The notes under the pieces are model-generated. The model was given only the letters and a program-made list of their open reading frames with translations, was not told where the DNA came from and made no database searches. 64,000 nucleotides of DNA from an uncultured Gemmatimonadales bacterium. Lineage in GTDB: Bacteria; Gemmatimonadota; Gemmatimonadetes; Gemmatimonadales; GWC2-71-9. The translations under genes and the position numbers were made by a program. Below, in pieces: positions 19,481 through 27,579 of this stretch (position 1 is the stretch's first letter; each line of letters begins with the position of its first letter). The DNA lies in NCBI GenBank assembly GCA_963695555.1, contig CAVOGR010000001.1:768001-832000 (forward strand), read 5' to 3'.

Positions 19481-19636
19481 CTTGGTACTCACGCAGAATC
19501 TCAGGCGCTCGTCGACGCCGAACGGCTCCGATCCCCTTACGCGCTGGACTCTCCGCCCGTACTTTGAAAGTCTAGCCCTCGCGCGGCAGCCGACCCCTCC
19601 GGGCCGGCACGCGGGGGCCGAGAAGGGGAGGTCTAC

Positions 19637-19846
19637 GTGCTCATGCAGAGGCGGCGCTACTCACTTCATGCCCTGCAGCACCTGATCGAGCCCAAAGGCG
19701 GCTGCGTTCCCGAGACCAGGCTTCCCGGTCCCGGCTGTGTTCCAGAGGGCGGGCTCCCCGGCCCCGGCTGCATCCCGGAGCCGGATGTTCATGAGAAGCA
19801 CCGCGGCTCGAGGCGTCGGCCTTCGAGAATGACCAATGGGCAATAG
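19637..19846 (+). CDS. small Cys/Pro/Gly repeat peptide, candidate RiPP precursor (GC[VI]PE x3 with LPGP spacers)
   Basis: Strong RBS AAGGGGAGG; 33-nt period over 19700-19780 with mostly synonymous third-position differences; 44 nt upstream of the radical SAM gene. Confidence 0.7.
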   Translation: MLMQRRRYSLHALQHLIEPKGGCVPETRLPGPGCVPEGGLPGPGCIPEPDVHEKHRGSRRRPSRMTNGQ

Positions 19847-19890
19847 CCAATAGCCGCGACCCCCAACCGCCCCATCCCAAAGGCCCCCGC

Positions 19891-21777
19891 GTGCGCCTGC
19901 TCCTCATCAATCCCAAGTTCCCGGAAAGCTTCTGGAGCTTCAAGTGGGCACTCGACACAGTGCTCCGCGAGCAGAAGGCCCCGACCCCGCCGCTCGGCCT
20001 CGCGACGCTCGCCGCCCTCTGCCCCCAGGATTGGGACATCAGGATCGTCGACGAGAACGTGGAATCCATCCCGCTCGACCCCAAGGCCGACCTGATCGGC
20101 ATCTGCGGCATGGGAGTCCAGTTCCCGCGCCAGCGGGAGCTCCTCACCTTCTACCGCAGCAAGGGCTATCACGTGGTGGCCGGCGGCAGCTTCGCCTCGC
20201 TCTGTCCGGAGCGGTACGAGACGCTGGCCGACACGGTGGTGGCGGGGGAGGCGGAGTATATCTGGCCAGAGTTCTGCCGGGATTTCGCGGCCGGCAAGAC
20301 CAAGCCGCTCTATCACGAGACCGGCGTCGTCGCGCTGTCGGATACCCCGGCGCCGCGGTTCGATCTCTTGAACCTGCGGCTCTACCAATCGGTGACTCTC
20401 CAATTTTCGAGAGGGTGTCCGTTCCGCTGCGAGTTCTGCGATATCATCGTGATGTTCGGACGTCGTCCACGCACCAAGCCCCTCGAACAGGTGGGGCGCG
20501 AGCTCGACCTGCTGCGGCACCAGCACGTCCGGAACGTCTTCTTCGTGGACGACAACCTGATCGGAGACAAGCCGGCAGCCAAGAAACTCCTGGCGTTTCT
20601 GGCCGCCTACCAGGAGGAGCACGCCTATCGGTTCCAGTTCGGCACCGAGGCCTCGCTCAACATGGCTCAGGACGACGAGCTGCTCGCGTTATTCCGGCGG
20701 GCGAACTTCAAGTGGGTCTTCATCGGCATTGAATCGCCCGATGTCGAAAGCTTGAAAGAGACCAAGAAGTATCAGAACACGCGGCAAGAGATCCTGCCTG
20801 CGGTGCAACGGGTCTACGCTGCTGGCCTCGACGTACTCGGCGGGTTCATCGTGGGCTTCGATCACGACACGCTCGAGACCTTCGACAAACAATTCGAGTT
20901 CATCACCGAGTCCGGCATCCAGGCGGCCATGATCGGGCTCCTCACCGCTGCGCCCAAGACGCCGCTCTACGAGCGATTGGAGCGGGAGGGGCGGCTCATT
21001 CACGACGCGAATGACTCCGACAACACTAAGCTCAGCACCAACGTCATCCCGAAGCGAATGGCATATGCCGAGATGATCGAGGCGTATAGAACGCTGTACG
21101 GGCGGCTGCTCAGCAACCGCGGGATTGCAACCCGGATCAGAAACAAGGTGCGCCACCTCACCCGGCCGGCCGGGGGCAGCGTCGAGCCCATACGCGATCG
21201 GTTGGCCAAGCTCCAGCGTATCGTGATACACGGGGTGCTGGCAGGCGGCGTCTCGCGGATCGTTCATTTCGTGCGATCCCTGCCGTACCTGCGCCCGCGC
21301 CTCCTGCCGCTCGTGATCGAGGATTGGGTCGTCGGCCTCTCGATGCGGGACTACGTGGACCGGCATCTGAATCCGGAAGTGGGACGAGTCAGCGAGCGGG
21401 CCCGGGCCTATCTCGAGTCGATCCAGCGTGCCTTCCAGCGCCAGGTTCAGCTGGGAGCGGTGGAAGTGTCGCTGGACGAGGTCCGACACCGAGCCGCCAA
21501 CCTGTCGGTCCACGTGAAAGGCTGGCTCGACCGGGGCTTCTTCGACCAGGCGGGTCGCCACCTCGAGGCGGTGTTGAAGCGCACCACGGCGTCCATTACG
21601 CTTCGAATCGATGCCCTGCAGGAGTCCGAGGTCCAGCACCTCAAGCGGCTCCTTCGGCGGCTGGCCCGTCATGGCGATCGGGTTTCGATCGCGCTAGGGG
21701 AGGAACTTCGATCCCTCATCGAGATCGACTCGTCGGTGTTCAATCTGGTGTTGGAAGGAGCAGGTGGTAGGAAGTAG
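19891..21777 (+). CDS. B12-binding radical SAM enzyme (class B methylase-like, DUF4070/HpnP-like) with an extra C-terminal domain
   Basis: N-terminal cobalamin-binding domain (PPLGLATLAA, VVAGG, GEAE); SRGCPFRCEFCD motif; FIGIES, GFIVGFDHD. Confidence 0.9.
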   Translation: MRLLLINPKFPESFWSFKWALDTVLREQKAPTPPLGLATLAALCPQDWDIRIVDENVESIPLDPKADLIGICGMGVQFPRQRELLTFYRSKGYHVVAGGSFASLCPERYETLADTVVAGEAEYIWPEFCRDFAAGKTKPLYHETGVVALSDTPAPRFDLLNLRLYQSVTLQFSRGCPFRCEFCDIIVMFGRRPRTKPLEQVGRELDLLRHQHVRNVFFVDDNLIGDKPAAKKLLAFLAAYQEEHAYRFQFGTEASLNMAQDDELLALFRRANFKWVFIGIESPDVESLKETKKYQNTRQEILPAVQRVYAAGLDVLGGFIVGFDHDTLETFDKQFEFITESGIQAAMIGLLTAAPKTPLYERLEREGRLIHDANDSDNTKLSTNVIPKRMAYAEMIEAYRTLYGRLLSNRGIATRIRNKVRHLTRPAGGSVEPIRDRLAKLQRIVIHGVLAGGVSRIVHFVRSLPYLRPRLLPLVIEDWVVGLSMRDYVDRHLNPEVGRVSERARAYLESIQRAFQRQVQLGAVEVSLDEVRHRAANLSVHVKGWLDRGFFDQAGRHLEAVLKRTTASITLRIDALQESEVQHLKRLLRRLARHGDRVSIALGEELRSLIEIDSSVFNLVLEGAGGRK

Positions 21778-21848
21778 GAAATCGGGAAGACGGGAGGTAG
21801 GGCGGCTGGAGCCCTCAAATGCTCTGAACCCAGGCGGTCAATTCCACA

Positions 21849-22319
21849 ATGGCTCTTCGTGTCTCTTCCACGCCGGTCGAACTTCTGATTGACGCGAGCG
21901 TCGTCGCCTCACTCGATCAGGAGATGCGGGGTGCCGCGCCGCGCCGCGCGGCAGGGTTCCTGTTGGGGCATTCGAGCGGTGTGGTCCTGTCCGCTCGGGC
22001 GCTGTGCGCCGTACGCCCGGGCACCGACGGTGGCGGGGGGCAGTTCTCTTCTGTCCTCACCAGCGCCGACTATCGCCAGGCGCTTCGGAAGGCCCGGGGC
22101 CTCGGGTTCAAGGTCGTGGCCAGCTACTCCACTCACCCAGACGGTGACCCGCATGTAGGCCTGAGGGAAATCGCCAGCTTCAGGCGCTCACCCCTCGTCT
22201 CGCTGGTGGTGACGGCGCGACCCGACGGTGCTGCGCCACAGCTCGAGGCCTACGGCCCGCCAACAGGTGGGGCCATCACCGTAGCCGTCGGACGTGGCGC
22301 GGAACGCGATCCGGCCTAA
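21849..22319 (+). CDS. JAB/MPN (Mov34)-like protein with a degenerate catalytic motif
   Basis: PRRAAGFLLG and VVASYSTHPDGDPHVGLRE align with the PxExxGxLxG and YHSHPx5PSxxD pattern but lack E, the first H, S and D. Confidence 0.6.
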   Translation: MALRVSSTPVELLIDASVVASLDQEMRGAAPRRAAGFLLGHSSGVVLSARALCAVRPGTDGGGGQFSSVLTSADYRQALRKARGLGFKVVASYSTHPDGDPHVGLREIASFRRSPLVSLVVTARPDGAAPQLEAYGPPTGGAITVAVGRGAERDPA

Positions 22320-22728
22320 CCTCGGTCGGATGCTGTGGCCAATATTCGCCCAACCGGATACGTACATGGATCCTGTCATCGACAGCTCGCGGTTTGCGAC
22401 CTGTGTTCGGGTCCGGTTCGGTCAATAATGTGCGCTTTGGTCCAGGAATTTGGCGATCATGGTCGAATCACAGACGGTCCACCGAAGCCTCGCGGGAGGA
22501 TGCTGGGATGGCGTGAAGCCCGGTTTCAGGCCGCCAACCGAGCATTCCGGGGCATGAGGTCCAGCGGACAATTGGTTGCACTGCACCATTCTTCCTGCTA
22601 TTTCGAGCTGTTTTCGGGTGCGATTCGGGTTATGAAGTGCATTCTTCGGGGTTGGTGGTGCAGGGTTTGGCACGGTGACGGGGGTGTTCAGGCGCACCCA
22701 AGGCCTCAACCATCACAAGGGACTACCC

Positions 22729-24978
22729 GTGGCTATTGAAGTCCGTCTCAGCCGCGAGATGCGCCTCCTCGACATCACGATGATCGGTGTCGGGGCCATG
22801 ATCGGTGCCGGCATCTTCGTGCTGACCGGCATTGCGGCGGGCGTGGCGGGTCCAGCCTTGCTGCTCGTCTTCGGATTGAATGGGTTCGTGGCCCTGTTGA
22901 CCGCCATGGCGTACGCCGAGCTCGGGAGTTCCTATCACAGCGCCGGCGGCGGGTACACTTGGGTGAAGACGGCCCTTCCGGACCCCAGCGGATTCCTGAG
23001 TGGGTGGATGTCCTGGTTTGCCCAGGCCGTCGCGTGCTCGCTCTACGCGCTGGGATTCGGCGCCTACTTCAAGCTGGTGCTCGATGCCGTGGGGGCCCCG
23101 GATATTTCCGTGGGCTTCATGTCGATCGAGAAATGGCTCGCCATTCTGACCGTGATGCTGTTCTCGTACATCAACTACCGGGGCGCGTCGGAAGCGGGCA
23201 AAGCCGGCAATGTCGTGACGGTCGGCAAGGTTCTCATCATCCTGGCCTTCATCGTCGCCGGCCTGTTGGTGATGGCCAAGCGAGGCGGCGTCGAGATCGC
23301 GTTCACGCCCTTCCTTTCTGAGGGGTGGGGCGGCGTGGTCGCGGCCATGGGTCTCACGTTCATCGCGTTCGAAGGCTACGAGATCATCGCCCAAACCAGC
23401 GAAGAGGTAAAGAACCCGAGGCAAAACATCCCTCGCGCCGTGTTCCTCTCCCTGGCGATTGTCGTCCCGATCTACTTGTTGGTCGCCTTTGTCGCCGTCG
23501 GGGGGGTGCAAGCCCCCGGGGGCATTGCGGTCACGGACTACCTCGGTCAGGAAGGCGAAATAGCGCTGGTACGGGCAGCGGACCAGTTCCTGGTGGGTGG
23601 GGGTATTCTCATTCTCGTCGGTGGCCTCCTCTCCACCTTGTCGGCGCTCAACGCGACCATCTTCTCGTCGTCCCGGGTGGCGTTTGCCATGGCCCGCGAC
23701 GCCAACCTCCCCCCCGTCCTTGGCAGCATCCACAGCCGGCGGGCCACGCCCTATGTCGCCATTCTCTTCTCGGCGGCGCTCATCATGGTCATGGCCGTTT
23801 CCCTGCCCATCGAAGAAGTGGCGGCCGCGGCCGACGTCATGTTTCTCTTGCTCTTTGTCTTGGTAAATCTGGCGCTCATCAAGCTCCGGAAGACTCGGCC
23901 CGACCTGGACCGCGGATTCAAGGTTCCCTTCGTGCCGTTTGTGCCGCTGCTGGCCGTCGGGACGATGCTGTTCCTGACCGTCTTCCTGTTCATTCGCTAT
24001 CCGATGGCATTGCTGGCGGTGGGGGGATGGATCGTCGCTGGTGGAATTGTGTATACCCAGTACAGCCGGAAGCGTGAGAAAGCCTTTGTCGAGCGAACCG
24101 TGTGGATGGAGCGGATCGAGCGGCACGAGTACAGTGTTCTGGTGGCGCTCTCGACACCTCGGACGTTGGAATCCTTGATGGAAGTTGGGATCGCCATCGC
24201 GAAGCGTCACGGCGGAGAGATCGTGGTCCTATCCGTGGCCGAGGTCCCCGAGGGGCAAAGTCTGCTCTCCGGTCGCCGCGCGGCGCGCAAGCTCGAGGCG
24301 ATGCTGGAACGAGCGGTGCAGTACGCCGAGTCTCGGGGCATCGTCGCTCGACCCGTCGTGTCGATTTCTCATCGAGTGAGCCATGGCATCGTGGAGACGG
24401 CTCGTGTCGAGAAATGCAATTTCCTGGTCATGGGGCAACCGGACACGCAGTCCATCTTCGAACGGATCGTGGCAACGGCAGTCGATCGGGTGTTGCAGGA
24501 TGCCCCCTGCCAGGTCGGTGTGGTCTACGGCACCGTGCGTCCGGAAGGGATATCGCAAATCCTGTTGCCGGTGACAACAGGTCCCAATTCTCGGTTGGCA
24601 GCCAAGCTCGCGTCGGTATTTGCCGAGCGGTTTGGCGCCCCGATCCGGGCCGTGACCATTGTCGAACGTCACCTCAGTGCTGCAGAGGCGGAAAAGCAGG
24701 TGGCGGACGCCCAAGCGACCTTGACGGCAGCGGGCTCCGAAGAACCCCTCGAAGTGCTCAAGCGGCGCGACGTTGCCCGTGGTCTCAGGCAAGCGACCAA
24801 ACGGGGAACCTTGGTGATGATGGGTGCCCCCACTGCGGAATCGCTGCAGGCTATCCTGGGCGAGACGGTACCGGCGCAGATCGCCCAATCAAAGAAGGCC
24901 CCTATCGTGGTCGTCCGCAACGTAGCGGAGCATCGGGTTCGCAAGTTCGAGCAGCTCTTCTTTGGAAGGAGTAGGTAG
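22729..24978 (+). CDS. APC-family amino acid permease fused to two universal-stress (USP)-like domains
   Basis: IGVGAMIGAGIF, AFEGYE, about 12 TMs; C-terminal USP-like motifs (VMGQ, APCQVGVV, PIVVVR). Confidence 0.9.
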   Translation: MAIEVRLSREMRLLDITMIGVGAMIGAGIFVLTGIAAGVAGPALLLVFGLNGFVALLTAMAYAELGSSYHSAGGGYTWVKTALPDPSGFLSGWMSWFAQAVACSLYALGFGAYFKLVLDAVGAPDISVGFMSIEKWLAILTVMLFSYINYRGASEAGKAGNVVTVGKVLIILAFIVAGLLVMAKRGGVEIAFTPFLSEGWGGVVAAMGLTFIAFEGYEIIAQTSEEVKNPRQNIPRAVFLSLAIVVPIYLLVAFVAVGGVQAPGGIAVTDYLGQEGEIALVRAADQFLVGGGILILVGGLLSTLSALNATIFSSSRVAFAMARDANLPPVLGSIHSRRATPYVAILFSAALIMVMAVSLPIEEVAAAADVMFLLLFVLVNLALIKLRKTRPDLDRGFKVPFVPFVPLLAVGTMLFLTVFLFIRYPMALLAVGGWIVAGGIVYTQYSRKREKAFVERTVWMERIERHEYSVLVALSTPRTLESLMEVGIAIAKRHGGEIVVLSVAEVPEGQSLLSGRRAARKLEAMLERAVQYAESRGIVARPVVSISHRVSHGIVETARVEKCNFLVMGQPDTQSIFERIVATAVDRVLQDAPCQVGVVYGTVRPEGISQILLPVTTGPNSRLAAKLASVFAERFGAPIRAVTIVERHLSAAEAEKQVADAQATLTAAGSEEPLEVLKRRDVARGLRQATKRGTLVMMGAPTAESLQAILGETVPAQIAQSKKAPIVVVRNVAEHRVRKFEQLFFGRSR

Positions 24979-24980
24979 CG

Positions 24981-25682
24981 ATGCAGGTACAGGTGCAGCC
25001 TCAAGCTCAGAGCCCGGTGTCGGACTTCCTGCAGGGAGTGTCCAACTACCTTCCGACGCTCGCGGCCGGACTGTTGGTCATCGCGCTCGGCCTCGGGGTT
25101 GGGTGGCTGGTCAAGCGCGCCGTGGTTCGCGTCCTCATCTGGGGCAGGCTCGACCGGCTTGGAGCGAAACTCGGCTGGCGGGCGGCCTTCGCCAAGGGCG
25201 ACGTGCGGGCGGCGTTGTATGAATTGATCGGCAATGTCGTCATGCTGCTCGTCGTGTTGCTCTTCCTCGACAACGCCTTGCAGATTCTGGGTTTGACGGT
25301 TCTCTCCAATGCCATCGAGCAATTGGTGGTGCTCCTCCCCAACCTCGGTCTCGTCGCGCTGATTGTCGGTATCGGTGTGTTCGTCTCGAGCCTCCTCGCG
25401 GACCGCCTGGAGCGCGTTCTCGAAGACGAAGAGGTGGCGCACGCGCGGCTCATTGCCAAGATTCTGAAGGGCGTGCTCCTGTCCATCGTCACCGCGCTCG
25501 CGCTCTGGCAGCTCGGGTTCGCTCGTGAGATTGTTCTCGCCGGGTTTCTCATCGCGTTCGGCGCCGTTGGTGTGGCGTTCGCCGTCGCGGTAGGGCTGGG
25601 ATCGGCAAAGGCCATTGCGCAAGGGTGGCATGATCTGTTCGAAAAACGGAAGGCGGAACGAGACGGCGGGAGCAAGGAGTGA
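24981..25682 (+). CDS. membrane protein with conserved TM-helix repeats (CmpX / small MscS-like N-terminal region)
   Basis: Repeated YLPTLAAGLLV / LLPNLGLVALIV helices; AFAVAVGLG end. Confidence 0.65.
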   Translation: MQVQVQPQAQSPVSDFLQGVSNYLPTLAAGLLVIALGLGVGWLVKRAVVRVLIWGRLDRLGAKLGWRAAFAKGDVRAALYELIGNVVMLLVVLLFLDNALQILGLTVLSNAIEQLVVLLPNLGLVALIVGIGVFVSSLLADRLERVLEDEEVAHARLIAKILKGVLLSIVTALALWQLGFAREIVLAGFLIAFGAVGVAFAVAVGLGSAKAIAQGWHDLFEKRKAERDGGSKE

Positions 25683-25745
25683 GAAGTAAGGAGTAAGGAG
25701 TGAGGAGTGAGGAGTAGGGGGGAGTAAAGAGTAAAGAGAAGAGGA
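25674..25745. repeat. GAGT(A/G)AG heptamer tract between convergent genes
   Basis: aaggagtgagaagtaaggagtaaggagtgaggagtgaggagtagg. Confidence 0.85.
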
Positions 25746-25769
25746 GGTGGTGAGAGGAAGTACCGTCGG

Positions 25770-27395
25770 CTAGGCGTTTGCAGCCGATTGCGCTGTTCGC
25801 CGTTGATCGAAGCTTTCCCACCAGCCTAGCGCCCGTTCCTGGGTCCACGGGCTTTCGACTTCGATCCGCCGGAGCGCCGCAATCATTTCTTCCGCGGTCT
25901 GTATCCGATCCGCCGGATCTTTGGCGAGACAGGCGAGGACCAGGTGATCCAGCATCGGCGGGATGTGCGTGCTCGGCACGCGCGCTGGGCGGGGTCGGCT
26001 CCTTGCTGGCGTGGGCGGTGAACGTGGCGAGGGCCGTCGGCTCCTCGAACACCAGGTCGTCCGGTCAGGAGCCAATAGGCGACGCACCCGAGCCCGTAGA
26101 TGTCCGCCCGGCCATCCACCGCCTTGCCGAGAATCATCTCAGGCGCAACATAGGACGGCGTCCCGGGAACCATGTCGGCCTGGGTCAGATGGTCTGCCAT
26201 GGTCCTGCGCTCCATGGCCGCCACGTGTTTCACCAGGCCGAAATCGAGCACCTTGACGAAATCACATTCCAATCCGAGCCGACAGAGATAGATGTTGGCA
26301 GGCTTGATGTCTCGATGCACCAGGCCGTGGTGGTGCGCTTCAGCCAGGGACGCACAGGCCTGGCGTCAAGACGTGGATGCTCGTTCCGGGGGGAGTGGCC
26401 CTTCCTGCTCCACCATGCGCTGGAGATCGATGCCATCGAGCAGCTCCATCACGTAATACAGGGTTCCGTCCTGCGCCACGCCATAGTCGTACAACTCCAC
26501 CGTGTGTGGCGAGCGCAGCTTCGCGGTCGCACGCGCCTCCCGCTCGAAGCGCGCAATGGAGGCTTTGGCTAGTGCGGGATCGGAGGTCAGCGCCTCGCGG
26601 GCGATCAGCTTGATCGCGGCTGGCCGGGCGAGCAGACGATGCGTTCCGCGCCACACGTCGCCCATGCCGCCGTGCCCCAATAGCGTATCAAGACGATACG
26701 CACCGAGTTGCTTGGCCCTGATCGCGTCGATACGGAGTCGGTAGAGCGTGCGGGAGGCTACGTATGAGGCAATCCCGACGAAAAGGTAAGGGAGGATCAA
26801 CACCAAGAAGAAGTTAGTGACGGAGACCGGCTCCATGTGCACCGTCGCCAGAGACGAGGAGATACGTCCCCGGCACCGCGGCCGCCGAACCGAGGAGAGC
26901 GATCAGAACGAGCCGTGGTCGTGCCGGCACCAACACCGCGAAGACCACCATCCAAATGCCAACACCCGACATTCCGAACTGATCGACGTTGATCTGTTCC
27001 GGAGGTATCCAGTCAAACACGCCCAAGAACTGGCTGAACGACCAACTGAGGCTGACCGCGACGTGATAGGCCCAGCCGATGGAGAGTAGGGTGGAGGCAC
27101 GAAGTCGCCGGAGATAGGTAAGTCCAAACACCAGGGCGGAACTTCCCACCATGAACGTGGGCGGCCCCCATTGGGCCAGGCTCCCAAACTCCTCGGCAAC
27201 CTTTCCGCGGAGGCCGATCGACAGGCTCCAGCTCACGAGCACGAGTATGAAGAAGAGGCCGCTCACGATCCGAATGCGCGATACGGAGAGTTGCAGCAAC
27301 TCCTCGGGGAGCGTCTGGGACGTGCCCGGTGTCGACGGACCGCGCGGGTCGAAGGTCTGCTGGGGGTCGAGAGAGCGGTCGTTCGGATCCGACAT
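25770..27395 (-). pseudogene. membrane-anchored Ser/Thr kinase broken by about four single-base indels (pseudogene or sequencing error)
   Basis: N-terminal TMs (26814-27395), GHGGMG/AAIK (26366-26842), HRDIKPAN/DFG (25883-26320), C-lobe (25770-26087); indels near 26850, 26380, 26364 and 26056. Confidence 0.75.
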
Positions 27396-27443
27396 GGAGG
27401 GACAAGATGGAGGACTATTGGAGGGCTGGCTAGGAGGGAGGAT

Positions 27444-27480
27444 GGGGTGAGGAGTAAGGAGTGAGGAGTAAGGAGTGAGG
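27444..27480. repeat. GAGT(A/G)AG heptamer tract
   Basis: ggggtgaggagtaaggagtgaggagtaaggagtgagg; same unit and orientation as the tract at 25674. Confidence 0.85.
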
Positions 27481-27579
27481 CGAAACTTCGGGGGTAGGGT
27501 GCAGGTCAGGGCAGACGTTGGGCCTGAACGTCACCCGTCCTTCTGCCTTCCCGTCTTTCCGCCCTCCCGTCTTCACGCC

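Noticed and set aside
19700..19780. 33-nt periodic repeat as a mini-CRISPR or DNA repeat
   Set aside because: Variation follows codon degeneracy, so it is better explained as a protein repeat.
21849..22319. JAB protein as part of a CBASS or ubiquitin-like defence system
   Set aside because: No CD-NTase, E1/E2 or Ubl gene nearby, and the catalytic residues are missing.
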